From Chiloscyllium plagiosum (Eukaryota): a stretch of 64,000 bases of DNA. Location of the stretch: contig NC_057718.1 of NCBI RefSeq assembly GCF_004010195.1, positions 81,834,110 through 81,898,109 on the forward strand, in the 5' to 3' direction. Each line of letters opens with the position of its first letter. Position 1 is the first letter of the stretch. The notes under the pieces are model-generated. The model was given only the letters and a program-made list of their open reading frames with translations. It did not search any database and was not told the DNA's origin. Position numbers and translations under genes: made by a program. Positions 1 through 12,202 of this stretch are shown one piece after another.

Positions 1-247
1 TAACCTGCAATCTTCTTCCTGACCTCTCCACCCCCACCCCAGTCTGACCTATCACCCTCACCTTGACCTCTTTCCACCTATCACAATTCCAACGCCCCTC
101 CCCCAGGTCCCTCCTCCCTTCCTTTTATCTTAGCCTGCTGGACAAACTTTCCTCATTCCTGAAGAAGGGCTTATGCCCGAAACATCGATTCTCCTGTTCC
201 CTGGATGCTGCCTGACCTGCTGCGCTTTTCCAGCAACACATTTTCAG
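1..247 (+). mobile_element. Penelope-like element 3' end / pseudo-LTR (truncated by window edge)
   Basis: C-rich 3' UTR, then CTGAAGA-AGGGC-TTAT-GCCC-GAAA and the GGATGCTGCCTGACCTGCTG..TTTTCCAGCA terminus shared with PLE ends at 2400-2509, 13586-13700, 51146-51275 and 56425-56510. Confidence 0.8.
155..190 (+). ncRNA. Minimal hammerhead ribozyme motif (stem III degenerate)
   Basis: CTGAAGA 159-165, stem II GGGC/GCCC, GAAA 179-182, then CATC (probably CpG-decayed CGTC). Confidence 0.6.
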
Positions 248-1003
248 CCCTCAATCCCACCTAGTTTAGTAGCCTGTATCTCAGTATTCTCCTCAACAAC
301 ATTGTCATTTTCCAGAGTGAATACTATCGAAAAATATTCATTTAGTGCTTCCCCTATCTCCCCTGACTCCACACACAACTTCCCACTACTATCCTTGATT
401 GGCCCTAATCTTACTCTCGTCATTCTTTTACTCCTTAAATACGTATAGAAAGCCTTAGGTTTACCCTGATCCTATCCGCCAACAACTTCTCATGTCTCCT
501 CCTGGCTCTTCTGAGCTCTCTCTTTAGTCTTTAGGTCTTTCCTGGCTACCTTGTAACCGTCAAGAGCCCTAACTGAGCCTTCACATCTCATCCTAACATA
601 AGCCTTCTTCTTCCTCTTGACCAGAGATTCCACTTCCTTCATAAACCATGGCTCCCGCGCTCTACAGCTTCCTCCCTGCCTGGCCGGTACATACTTATCT
701 AGGACACTCAGGAGCTTTTCCTTGAATAAGCTCCACATTTCTAATGTGCCCATCCCCTGCAGTTTCCTTCCCCATCCTATGCTTCCTAAATCTTGCCTAA
801 TCACATCGTAATTGCCTTTCCCCCAGCTGTAACTCTTGGCCAGTGGTATACATCTATCCCTTTCTATCACTAAAGTAAATATAACAGAATTGTGATCGCT
901 ATCACCAAAGTGCTCACCTACTTCCAAGTCTAAGACCTGGCCAGGGTTATTACCCAGAAACAAATCTAATGTGGCTTTGCCCCTTGTTGGCCTGTCTACA
1001 TAG
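248..1003 (-). mobile_element. CR1 (HER1-like) LINE ORF2 fragment, APE C-terminus and linker
   Basis: ORF 490..1008: YVDRPTRGKATLDLFL..GEHFGDSDHNSV..EPWF, typical CR1 endonuclease motifs. Confidence 0.9.
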
Positions 1004-1009
1004 AGCATC

Positions 1010-1222
1010 TAATCAAACCTATCCCACTTCCCTATCCCTGTAACCCTGCATTTCCTATGGCTAATCCATCTAACATGCACACCTTTGGGAGGAAACCGGA
1101 GCACCCGGAGGAAACCCATGCTGACACAGGGAGAATGTGCAAATTCCATACAGACAGTCGCATGGGGCTGGAATCAAACCCATGCTGTGAGGCAGCAGTG
1201 CTAACCACTGACCATTGAGCCA
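1010..1222 (-). mobile_element. HE1-type V-SINE (partial)
   Basis: Reverse complement of the V-domain core (GGAGGAAACCGGAGCACCCGGAGGAAACCC..GGAGAATGTGCAAA) plus tRNA-like head. Confidence 0.9.
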
Positions 1223-1229
1223 CTCATGC

Positions 1230-1518
1230 TGGTCCTACAGTGTGAGGACCAGAACTGCACACAGTACTCCAGCTGTGACCTAACCAGGGTTCTGTATCAT
1301 TCCAACATAACCTCCTTGCTCTTATAATGTCAGCCTTGACTGATAAAGACAAGCATTCCACATGCCTTCTTAACTATTTTATCAACATGTCAAGTCACCT
1401 TCAGAGATATGTGGATGAGTATCCCAAGATCCTTTTGTTCCTATGAGCTTCCTAGCATTCTGCCATTCATTGAGTACTGCCTAGTCTTGCTACTACTTAC
1501 AAAGTGCTTTCCTTCACT
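1230..1518 (-). mobile_element. Old CR1 RT C-terminal fragment, interrupted by a PLE and resuming at about 2530-2700
   Basis: Reverse complement of the LVRP.LEYCVQFW-type region (CCAGAACTGCACACAGTACTCCAGCTGTGACCTAACCAG). Confidence 0.7.
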
Positions 1519-2183
1519 TTACTTCATCTGCCACTGATCTGACTTGACACTGACATTTTTTACAATCCCACCGACTCCCACAGCTACCTGGATTACACCT
1601 CTTCCCACCCTATCTCTTGCAAAAATGCCATCCCGTATTCCCAATTCCTCCGCCTCCGCCGTATCTGCTCCCAGGAGGACCAGATCCACAATAGAACACA
1701 CCAGATGGCCTCCTTCTTTAGAGACCACAATTTCCCTTCCCACGTGGTTAAAGATGCCCTCCAACGCATCTCATCCACATCCCGCACCTCCGCCCTCAGA
1801 CCCCACCCCTCCAACCGTAGGGCAGAACGCCCCTGGTGCTCACCTTCCACCCTACAAACCTCCGCATAAACCAAATCATCTGCCGACATTTCCGCCACCT
1901 CCAAAAGACCCCACCACCAGGGATATATTTCCCTCCCCACCCCTCTCCGCCTTCCGCAAAGACCGTTCCCTCCGTGACTACCTGGTCAGGTCCACGCCCC
2001 CCTACCACCCACCCTCCCATCCTGGCACTTTCCCCTGCCACCGCAGGAACTGTAAAACCTGCGCCCACACCTCCTCCCTCACCTCCATCCAAGGCCCTAA
2101 AGGAGCCTTCCACATCCATCAAACTTTTACCTGCACATCCACTAATATCATCTATTGTATCCGTTGCTCCCGATGCGGCCTCC
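1519..2183 (+). mobile_element. Neptune-type Penelope-like element: RT thumb, Cys-rich linker and start of GIY-YIG (frameshifted)
   Basis: PPLSAFRKDRSLRDYLVRS..CHRRNCKTC..FTCTSTNIIYCIRCSRCG; runs into N-gap. Confidence 0.88.
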
Positions 2184-2280
2184 NNNNNNNNNNNNNNNNN
2201 NNNNNNNNNNNNNNNNNNNNNNNNNNNNNNNNNNNNNNNNNNNNNNNNNNNNNNNNNNNNNNNNNNNNNNNNNNNNNNNN
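2184..2280. other. Assembly gap
   Basis: Run of N. Confidence 1.
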
Positions 2281-2509
2281 GCAGATGCTGGAAACCAGAT
2301 TCTGGATCAGTGGTGCTGGAAGAGCACAGCAATTCAGGCAGCATCCGACGAGCAGCAAAATCGATGTTTCGGGCAAAAGCCCTTCATCAGGAATAAAAGC
2401 TGATGAAGGGCTTTTGCCCGAAACATCGATTTTGCTGCTCGTCGGATGCTGCCTGAATTGCTGTGCTCTTCCAGCACCACTGATCCAGAATCTGGTTTCC
2501 AGCATCTGC
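2281..2509. repeat. Perfect 110-bp inverted repeat of a PLE pseudo-LTR with back-to-back hammerhead motifs
   Basis: 2281-2390 is the exact reverse complement of 2400-2509, spacer GAATAAAAG; each arm starts with CTGATGA-AGGGC-TTTT-GCCC-GAAA. Confidence 0.92.
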
Positions 2510-2699
2510 AGTCATTGTTTTTGCCCACCTTACCAACCCATTTATATTTTCTGTAATAATATAAGACCTATCTCTGCACTTCGATCTCCGGCCAACCTTT
2601 GTGTCATCCACGAACTTACTTATCAGCTCCCCACAACATTCTCATCGATATCATTTATAAACATCACAAATGATAAGGGACACATCACTGATTGCTTGG

Positions 2700-3270
2700 C
2701 CAGTTATGCTTCAGTTATACAGGATACTGATGAGACCACATCCGGGGTACAGCACACAATCTTGATCTCTTTCTTTAAGAAAGAATGTATGAGTTGGAGG
2801 CAATACAAAACACATTTACTAGATGAATACCTGGAATAGGTGCGTTGTCTTATGAGAAAAGGGTAAACTGACTAGCGTACACCTGCTGGAGTTCAGAAGA
2901 GTAAAATACATGGAATCTTGAAGGGTCTTGGCACAATAGATGTGGAGAGAATATTGCCTCTTATGGGACAATCGTGTGTAAAGGTCACAGTTTAAAGGTC
3001 ACAGATTGCCCTTTTGAAACAGATTATGCAAAATTAATTCCCTCAGTGCGCCATGTGTCTTTGAAACTCTCTTCCTGAAAAGGCAGTGAAAGCAAACAAA
3101 TTTTAAGGCTAAGGCAGATAGGTTCCTGTTAAGCAAAGAGTTAAAACATTCCACCAGGGATAGGTGGAAATGTGGATTTGGGGTGACAATCAATTCAACC
3201 CTGATCATACTGAATGACAACATATTCAAGCAGCTGAATGGTCCAGTTCATCTCCTAATTCATATGTTCA
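2700..3270 (+). mobile_element. Old CR1 3' end relic
   Basis: Degenerate RT C-terminus and 3' UTR (GGAGTTCAGAAGAG..TTTAAGGCTAAGGCAGATAGGTTCCTG..CTGAATGGTCC..CTCCTAATTCATATGTTC). Confidence 0.65.
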
Positions 3271-3479
3271 TATCACTGGGTCATGTGCTGGATAACCGCA
3301 CACCGTCAGTATTGTCTTCAATTTACTTCAATAGGCCTATACCAATGAAAAGGCCTCCAGTCATAAAAACTGGAGTTGGTGAAGGGTTCAAGAAGATTGG
3401 ATGGAGTGACAAAAGAATAGTAAATAAAAATGATGTGCTCCTAGATATCAGTTATATGTGTGCCTTTAAAATAGCTCAT

Positions 3480-4320
3480 TAACTTTAATAACAATATGGA
3501 GAATAAGGCTATCACCTCATGCACACAGACTTGACCAAGAACGACCCATACCTTCACGTGAGCAACATGATTGCTTGCTGTTGGCAATGCAAGTTGCTGA
3601 AGTTAATAACTCCTTGTTCCCACAGCTCATTAATAGGCTGATATATTAAAGATAAAATTAAAGCGAGAATGGAAAGCTCTGTCTCTCACACAAAGAAGGA
3701 AAAGAAATCAATGGATTGAAAATTTGTGGTCAGCTGAATTGATTAACAGCCGAGAAAGTTGTCAATTGGCTACTTGCAAACGTCAACTCCTTGCAAAATG
3801 GAAATGTTGTTCCTGAATTAATTTACGTGGGGAAAGAAGCAATTTGGCCTGGCATCATTTATATTCTTGTGGCGAATACAATTTGAATTATATGCAGTCA
3901 TATAATCAATTCACAGTGCCATTACCATGCACAAATAATTGCCAACATATAATATACGCTTTTTGAAATTATCATTAAAATTAAGTACTGATTAAATCAT
4001 ACAATTTCAGCTGCTGTTTCCAGCTCCCAGCCATTTCCTGGCAGCCTTATATTTCTTAGGCCACTGCCTGTGAAATTGATGGAACTTCATTACAAGGATC
4101 TTACATTCGGAAACTAGGAATATAAATGAAGTTTAAATGTTTGAACGTTGGGAAATTCTTTCTAAGTTGTTAGTTGTTATTCCTTTGAACAAGTGAAAAA
4201 TATGAATTGCTGTCTGACCCAATAGTCGCCTTCTTCAAATAGAAGTTTAAAATTTAATCTTTAGCACGAATCCAGTTAATGTCTGACTGTTCACACTCTG
4301 GAGCCAATTGCTCCATCAAA
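3480..4320. promoter_or_regulatory. Repeat-free AT-rich island, candidate conserved non-coding element
   Basis: No recognisable TE; dense TAAT/ATTA and TGATTAA motifs. Conservation not tested. Confidence 0.35.
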
Positions 4321-4384
4321 TGCACATGAGTCTGCATAGATTAAGGTCATAACACAATTGACATTATACTTGAGTACACAATGC

Positions 4385-4717
4385 AGCTAACACCCTGGTG
4401 ATGCACTGAGGGAGTGGTGCACTGTCAGAGTGCAATCTTTCAGTTGAGACATTTCCTATAAACCATCTCAGGTGATATAACCGATCCTATAGCACTGCTT
4501 TGGGAAGCAGTAGAGTTCTGTCCAGAGTCTAGGACAATGTTTACTGCTTAACCAACACTTTAAAAAAAAAATCATCATGGCTGGCTAAGGGAACTTGTTA
4601 TTTGTGATTTGGCAGACACGTTTTCTGCATCACTCAAAAGTACTCCATTGCCTCTGAAGCCTTTTGGGATGAGCTGAGGATGAAAAGGGTACTATAGAAA
4701 TCTGAGTATTTCTTTTC
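4385..4717 (+). mobile_element. Deu-domain SINE relic (SacSINE1/AmnSINE-like)
   Basis: ACTGAGGGAGTGGTGCACTGTCAGAG..TCTTTCAGTTGAGAC..TCTCAGGTG..GATCCTATAGCACT resembles the Deu core; L2-like tail. Confidence 0.65.
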
Positions 4718-4736
4718 ATTGTGAAATGCCAAATCG

Positions 4737-5024
4737 TTACTTAGATTACTTACAGTGTGGAAACAGGCCCTTCAGCCCAACAAGTCCACACCGACCCACA
4801 ACCCATTCCCCTACACCTAACACTACAGGCAATTTAGCATGGCCAATTCACCTAACCTGCACATTTTTGGACTGTGGGAGGAAACCGGAGCACTCGGAGG
4901 AAACCCACGCAGACACGGGGAGAATGTGCAAACTCCACACAGTCAGTCACCTGAGGCAGGAATTGAACCTGGGTCTCTGGCGCTGTGAGGCAGCAGTGCT
5001 AACCACTGTGCCACCGTGCCACCC
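4737..5024 (-). mobile_element. HE1-type V-SINE
   Basis: Near full-length reverse complement, with head (GCCACCGTGCCACCC) and TTAGATTACTTACAG tail. Confidence 0.95.
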
Positions 5025-5689
5025 GTGTTCTCCTACGAATTCACTGGAGAGGCTTTCTGGCTTAGTAACAATTGTAATAAATTGATTTGTTAGGTTTGGA
5101 TTGATATAATTACTTACCAGGTTGTTCGGGAGAACATTCCACCTGACAATATTTATTATTTGTCTTCAGATGTAATGACAGGAGTTGTCACCATGATGCA
5201 CCAGTTTTGTTCCTTCAATGAGAAATCAGTAAGCTTTTTATACTTCACCCAGTGCCCTCTAAACCAAACATGGATTCTATGCTAGGAATCTTCGAAAGGC
5301 TGTCTGAGGATGTTGTTAGTGCCAGTGATCTCACGACAAATTATTTCCAAATGAGCTCAGTTTTGCCATGCTCACATCACCCAGACCCATTACTGCCATT
5401 ATTTTTGTCCATCTCTCTCAAAGTATGAATGCAACTGTTTGAGAAAGACAGCAGGTAACTCAGAACTGTCCTGTCTTCAACTTAGGTTCCAGAAAGATTA
5501 CAGCCATGGTGTAATACCAGGCTACCAAAGACCAGAACATGTTTGCATGAAGTCACAAGTTGTCTCTCATCAGCAGCAGCGGTAGTCTTCACTTCCACCC
5601 CATTTATGGCTGGAAGGGATTGTAAATGGGGCTATTGAGGAATCAAAATAGGGAATGCCTAGCTATTAATTTTTCATAGATGAAACCCT

Positions 5690-6885
5690 TAATGTTTTCA
5701 TTCCTTAATGGGTCATGGGCATTTTTGGCTGTACCAGTATTAGTTATCCCTTTCTAGTTGCAATGAAAACACTACATTGTTGAAATGCTGCAGTGCATGA
5801 TGGGGAAAGCACTATCCACAGTGCTGTTAGGAATAGAATTCCAGGATTTTGGATCAGGAACAGTGAAACAACAGTGATATGGTTCAAGTTAGGATGGTTA
5901 GGCTGGGTGACATGGCACAGTGGTTAGCAATGCTACCTCACAACACCAGGGAGCTAAGTTCAATTCCAGCCTCGGGTGACTGTCTCTGTGGAGTTTGTAC
6001 ATAGTCCCCATGTCTGTGTGGGTTTTCTCTAGGTGCTCTCGTTTTCTCCCGCAGTCCAAAGATGTTCAGATTATGTGGATTGGCGATGGAAAATGCAGGG
6101 CTACATGGTAGGAGGGTTGGGTCTGAGTGGGATGCACTTTGGAGGGTTGGAGTGAACTTGATGAGTGGAATGGCCTTATTCCACTCTGTAGGGATTCTAT
6201 GTGTGTGACTTGGAGGGAAACTTGCAGTTAGTGATATTCTAGTGTATCTGCTGTTCTTGTATTTCTATGCAATAAAAGTCACAGGTTTAGAAGATGTTGT
6301 CAAATGTATCTTGGCAACTTGTATGAATGCATCTTGTAAATGGTACATGTTGCAGCCATTGAGCATCAATTGTGAAGGGAATGAATATTGAATGTTGAGG
6401 ATGTGCTGTCAGTCAGTTAGGCAGACTGCTTGGCCTGGTTGGTGTTAAATCTCTTAAGTATTGTTGGAGTTGCTCTCATTAAAGGAAATGGAAGACGTCT
6501 CATAGATGGTGTAGGCAATGAGGACTGAGGAAGTAAGTTACTGAATTCCCAACATCGGTACTGCTCTTGTAAACACTGTATTTATATAGCTAGTCCAGGT
6601 AAGTTTCTGCTCAAGAGTAACCCTCAGAATATTGATAATGGGGGGATTCAAAGATGGTAATGCTATTAAACGTCAAGATGCAATGCTTGAAATTTCTTTT
6701 GCTTGAAATGGTCATTGCCCGGCACTTGTGCATTATAAATGTTACTTGCCATTTATCAGCCCAAAACTGAATATTGGCCAAGTCATGTTTCATTTGGACA
6801 CAGACTGCTTTTGTATCTGAGGAGGCTCACAAAGCTCTGAACAATATTAGCAAATATCCCCTTTCAGATCTTACGATGAAGGGCA
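5690..6885 (-). mobile_element. Old CR1/L2-group LINE 3' part (RT C-terminus and UTR), interrupted by a SINE
   Basis: ORF 6611..6793 DLANIQFWADKWQVTF..KCRAMTIS; the same family recurs at about 13395-13900, 15650-16780, 24890-25180, 27460-27955, 29195-29450, 47310-47740 and 58790-59340. Confidence 0.7.
5905..6200 (+). mobile_element. HE1-type V-SINE (diverged)
   Basis: CATGGCACAGTGGTTAGC head, GTGGAGTTTG..GTGTGGGTTTTCTC core, CTGTAGGGATTCTATG tail. Confidence 0.85.
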
Positions 6886-7269
6886 TCAATAAGTTGGATT
6901 TTATTAGTGGGTTAAATTTTACATTTGAGCTTTAATAAAGGGCCCAGAACCCATCAGAATCTACATGGAAGATGTCTGCTTCAAAATGTCTTTGACAGTC
7001 AAGATAAGGCAAGTACACATTTATGCTTTCTCCACAGTTTCCTTTCACGAACAGATTTGATTGACAAAGTTTGTCTGATATGCAATGCCACTTTCCTATC
7101 TCTACTAGTAGAATAGAAATTCATGTAACAAATAACCATTTCTACGTTGACACTAATTATTTGTTGCTGCTAATTGAATATCTACAGTATGAAGCACAGC
7201 ACTCAGTTACACCAGAGAAAAATATCCTTTGTAACATTATTCTCCTCCAGTAGTCTCTGAGATACCTGT

Positions 7270-7535
7270 GTACATTTAATTCCAGCCTTCTCAGCACCCC
7301 TGATTTTAATCACTGTTTCTTCAATTGCTTTGGCCCTCGTCTCTGGAATACTCTTGCTCCACCTTTCCAGCTCTTTTTGATCTTTTAAGATACTCTTTAA
7401 AAACTACCTTTTTGCTCACCTGACCTAATATCTCCTTAAGAAGTTCAGTGACATGTTTCATTTTATAATGTTCCTATGCTACACCTTGGGATAACTTATT
7501 ATGTTGAGAATAATCTATAAATATAATTTATTGTT
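7270..7535 (+). mobile_element. L2-like LINE 3' end relic
   Basis: CTCTGGAAT..CTTTAAAAACTACCTTTT..CCTTGGGATA..CTATAAATATAATTTATTGTT, matching the 3' end at 20100-20310. Confidence 0.55.
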
Positions 7536-8114
7536 TTTGTAATAAAGAAGTGGATACAGATCCCAGAATTTTGAAAAGGATTCATTAACTTTAGAAGGTA
7601 AGACAAGTTGACCATTGTTTAAGGCTGTGGGTTGATTTATTTAGAATACTGTTTATTGTTTGAGAGTTTTGTGAATTACCTCAACTCTAAAGTTTCCATC
7701 TAAACTCTAAACTCTTAAAAAAAAAAGAATTTTTTCAGCTTTGCAGTGCCAGAGCCTTAACCAAGCAAAAAAAAACTCAAGGAAGAGCTGCATAATAACG
7801 CTGACATGATCTAACATGGTATGGCAGCAGTAGATGATCTGCTAAATGGCCTCTTTAATTCATTTATTATATGTGGATTGATTACAGTATTAATCTGAAG
7901 GCAACCCATTAAGATGAATAGAAAGGGCTTTAATGTTAAGGTAGCTCCTCAAATTTGGCAATATTTTTCCTGGCTTCAATAAACAACAGTTTAAAGATTC
8001 CCAATTCACTATTTTATTCTGCACTGATTCCCCTGTACAAATGTGGATCCTCCTTCAGTCCACACTGTTCATTCTCTGAAACCCACATGCATGGAACCTC
8101 CAAGCGCAGGTTAG

Positions 8115-8210
8115 AGGGAACAAAAATAGGAATTGCTGCAAAAACTCATCATCTGTGGAGAGAAATCAGAGTTAATGTTTCAAGGCCAGTGACCCTTCCC
8201 CAGAACTGAA
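8115..8210 (-). mobile_element. PLE pseudo-LTR relic with decayed hammerhead
   Basis: GGAATTGCTG..CATCTGTGGAGAGAAATCAGAGTTAATGTTTCAAGGCCAGTGACCCTTC, homologous to 53760-53846. Confidence 0.6.
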
Positions 8211-9942
8211 TTAAGAGTCCACAGACCTCAGCTTCATGTTGTGAGCATTTGTGAGGAATGTGGAGTCCCTGAAGTTGCGGTCTATCATCGGTGTTCCAAC
8301 ACAAGCTGGGCTTTACCACCAGCCAATCCCACCACCATCCCCACCCCATTTCCCAAATACCCACCCTAGAACAGGCAATCATTGAAATCAGTAAGAATTT
8401 CAATCCTCCCACATCACGAACAGCCATCCAATATAAATGTACATTTTGTTCAATCACATGGAACCTTTTCTCAGCTGTGATGTGATTAATAAAGTTTCAT
8501 GAACAATCCCTAAAAACATCATTTTACAATTTTGGAATATTGTCAATTGTAGATGTTTTTAAAAAACATGTTTTAAAGATATATTTTTAAAGTTATATTA
8601 ACTTTTACCTTTAATCTATGTTTTCATCCCAGACTTTAATTTGCTCTGCATAAATATTTTTAGAAGTAGCTTTATTTTGGTGCTTGTTGTTTGCATATCT
8701 GTGATACTCCTTGCATATGATTGGCTGTCTGGATGCCTGATAGTATTACTTTGCATGCTGGAAAGTCCTCAGTGAAGAACACGCCATCAGTTGCACACCA
8801 GTAGAGCCGAAAATCTCAGCAAGAATGATCACTAGATCCTGTATTGAGACTTCGAATGGTTGACAATTGTTTCACTGTTGTCAATAAAAATTGCCCCCCG
8901 CACTATTCCTCACTGTCACTGTATCAAAATCGTGGAAAGTCCTACCTAAAAGCACCAGGAGAACATTCCACCACATGGACTATATCTATTCAAGTATTTT
9001 GTTAATTTCTCAAGCATTCTTAGAGATGGTCAATAAACACTGATTCTACCAGCAATGCCTACAGGTCATGAATTACCCACAGATCTGTTGTGATGTGTCC
9101 AAGATTGACTTAGGTCAATAGACCATCTGATGTGTCCTTACTATTTCATGAAATGCACCATCCCCAAAGGCTCTGTTGAGATCAGGCACCCCATGGGGAT
9201 TATGGCTGAAAGCTTATTTTCTGTTATTCCACAACACAGCATATTAACAGGGCAATAAATCAGTGTCACCTACATACTGTGAACAAATAAAGAAAACATG
9301 CATATGCAGCACCCAAAGCTGTTAACAAAGAATAATTCTATACCACAAAAGTATATTATGCTTTTGTTCCATTTGTAAAAGAGAACACAAATCAAAATTT
9401 ACTGTTTATTGTTCCTTCACTACTGTGTGTTGAAAAGACTCATTTTTAAACATCAGCACATTATATTGAAATTATTTGTTAGGAGTATATACGCTTAAAG
9501 TAGCATTAGTGATATAAAAAAAAATTGGGTGAAGAATAAGGGGAATCGTTATTGACAATTTATCAAAAGTGGTCACCCTCTTATTTATTGGTCCTCTTTG
9601 CCCAGAATTAGTAAAATAGCCAAATCTGTGATCACATTTGGTAGAGGACTTGATAGTTAGGGGAATCGACAGGAGATTTTGTGGTCAGGATCGGGATTCC
9701 CGGAAGGTATGTTGCCTCCCTGGTGCCAGGGTCCGATCAGGTGTATAAGGTTCTAAAAGGGGAGGGCGGACAGCTAGAAATCGTGTTACATATTGGCACT
9801 AATGATATAGCCAGGAAAAGGATCGAGGATATAAAAAGTGATTTCAGGGAGTTAGGATGGAAGCTGCAAAGCAGGACCAACAGAGTAGTGTTCTCTAGTT
9901 TACTACCGGTGCCACGAGATAGCGAGGCGAGGAACAGGGAGC

Positions 9943-10282
9943 NNNNNNNNNNNNNNNNNNNNNNNNNNNNNNNNNNNNNNNNNNNNNNNNNNNNNNNNNN
10001 NNNNNNNNNNNNNNNNNNNNNNNNNNNNNNNNNNNNNNNNNNNNNNNNNNNNNNNNNNNNNNNNNNNNNNNNNNNNNNNNNNNNNNNNNNNNNNNNNNNN
10101 NNNNNNNNNNNNNNNNNNNNNNNNNNNNNNNNNNNNNNNNNNNNNNNNNNNNNNNNNNNNNNNNNNNNNNNNNNNNNNNNNNNNNNNNNNNNNNNNNNNN
10201 NNNNNNNNNNNNNNNNNNNNNNNNNNNNNNNNNNNNNNNNNNNNNNNNNNNNNNNNNNNNNNNNNNNNNNNNNNNNNNNNNN
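9943..10282. other. Assembly gap
   Basis: Run of N. Confidence 1.
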
Positions 10283-11863
10283 GTGTGGATGTAGTAGGGT
10301 TGTTGTAATGGGTGACTTTAACTTTCCCAATATTGATTGGAACCTCCTTCGAGCAGAAGATTTGAATGGAGCTATTTTTGTAAGGTGTGTTCAGGAGGGT
10401 TTCCTAACTCAGTACGTTGACAAGTCGACCAGGGGAGAGGCCATTCTAGACTTGGTGCTTGGAAACGAGCCGGGGCAGGTATCAGATCTTGTGGTGGGAG
10501 AGCATTTTGGTGATAGTGACCACAACTGCCGCACATTCTACATAGCTATGGAGAAGGAGAGGATTAGGCAAAATGGGAGGATATTTAATTGGGGAAGAGG
10601 AAACTATGATGTGATTAGACATGAGTTAGGAAGCATGGATTGGGAGCAATTGTTCCATGGTAAAGGCACTATAGACATGTGGAGACTGTATAAGGAACAG
10701 TTGTTGCAAGTGATGAATAAATATGTCCCTCTGAGACAGGCAAGAAGTGGTAAGATAAAGGAACCTTGGATGACGAGAGTGGTGGAGCTTCTCGTCAAAA
10801 GGAAAAAAGTAGCTTACGTAAGGTGGAAGAAGCTAGGGTCAAGCTCAGCTCTAGAGGATTACAGGCAGGTGAGGAAGGAGCTCAAAAATGGTCTGAGGAG
10901 AGCAAGGAGGGGCACGAAAAAGGCTTGGCAGAATGGATTAGGGAGAACACAAAGGCATTTTACACTTATGTGAGGAATAAGAGAATGGTCAAAGAAAGAG
11001 TAGGACCGATCAGGGATAGCATAGGGAATTTGTGTGTGGAGTCTGAGGAGGTAGGGGAAGCCCTAAATGAGTTTTTTGCTTCTGTCTTTACGAAAGAATT
11101 GAACTTTGTAGTGAATGAAACCTTTGAAGAGCAGGTGTGCATGCTGGAATGGATAGAGATAGAGGAAACTGATGTGCTGAAAATTTTGTCAAACATTAAG
11201 ATTGACAAGTCACCAGGCCCGGACCAGATTTGTCTCAGCTGCTTTGGGAAACGAGAAATGCAATTGCTTCGCCACTTGCGAAGATCTTTGCATCCTCGCT
11301 CTCCACTGGAGTCGTACCTGAGGACTGGAGAGAGGCAAATGTAATTCCTCTCATCAAGAAAGGAAATAGAGACATCCCCGGCAATTACAGACCAGTAAGT
11401 CTCACATCTGTCGTCTGCAAGGTGTTAGAAAGGATTCTGAGGGATAGGATTTATGACCATCTGGAAGAGCATGGCTTGATTAAATGCAGTGAGGGGCAGG
11501 TCATGCCTCACAAACCTTATCGAGTTCTTTGAGGATGTGACTAGAAAGGTTGATGAGGGTCGAGCTGTGGATGTGGTGTATATGGACTTCAGCAAGGCCT
11601 TTGATAATGTTCCCCATGGTAGGCTCATTCAGAAGGTCAGGAGGAATGGGATACAGGGGAACTTAGCTGTCTGGATACAGAATTGGCTGGCCAACAGAAG
11701 ACAGCGAGTGGTAGTAGAAGGAAAATATTCTGCCTGGAAGTCTGTGGTGAGTGGTGTTCCACAGGGCTCTGTCCTTGGGCCTCTACTGTTTGTAATTTTT
11801 ATTAATGACTTGGATGAGGGGATTGAAGGATGGGTCAGCAAGTTTGCAGACGACACAAAGGTT

Positions 11864-12202
11864 NNNNNNNNNNNNNNNNNNNNNNNNNNNNNNNNNNNNN
11901 NNNNNNNNNNNNNNNNNNNNNNNNNNNNNNNNNNNNNNNNNNNNNNNNNNNNNNNNNNNNNNNNNNNNNNNNNNNNNNNNNNNNNNNNNNNNNNNNNNNN
12001 NNNNNNNNNNNNNNNNNNNNNNNNNNNNNNNNNNNNNNNNNNNNNNNNNNNNNNNNNNNNNNNNNNNNNNNNNNNNNNNNNNNNNNNNNNNNNNNNNNNN
12101 NNNNNNNNNNNNNNNNNNNNNNNNNNNNNNNNNNNNNNNNNNNNNNNNNNNNNNNNNNNNNNNNNNNNNNNNNNNNNNNNNNNNNNNNNNNNNNNNNNNN
12201 NN
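11864..12202. other. Assembly gap
   Basis: Run of N. Confidence 1.

Noticed and set aside
1544..2839. 431-aa ORF, and other long ORFs at 9681, 11489 and 29574-30519
   Set aside because: Lengths are inflated by N-gaps and they join unrelated TE fragments; they are not genes.
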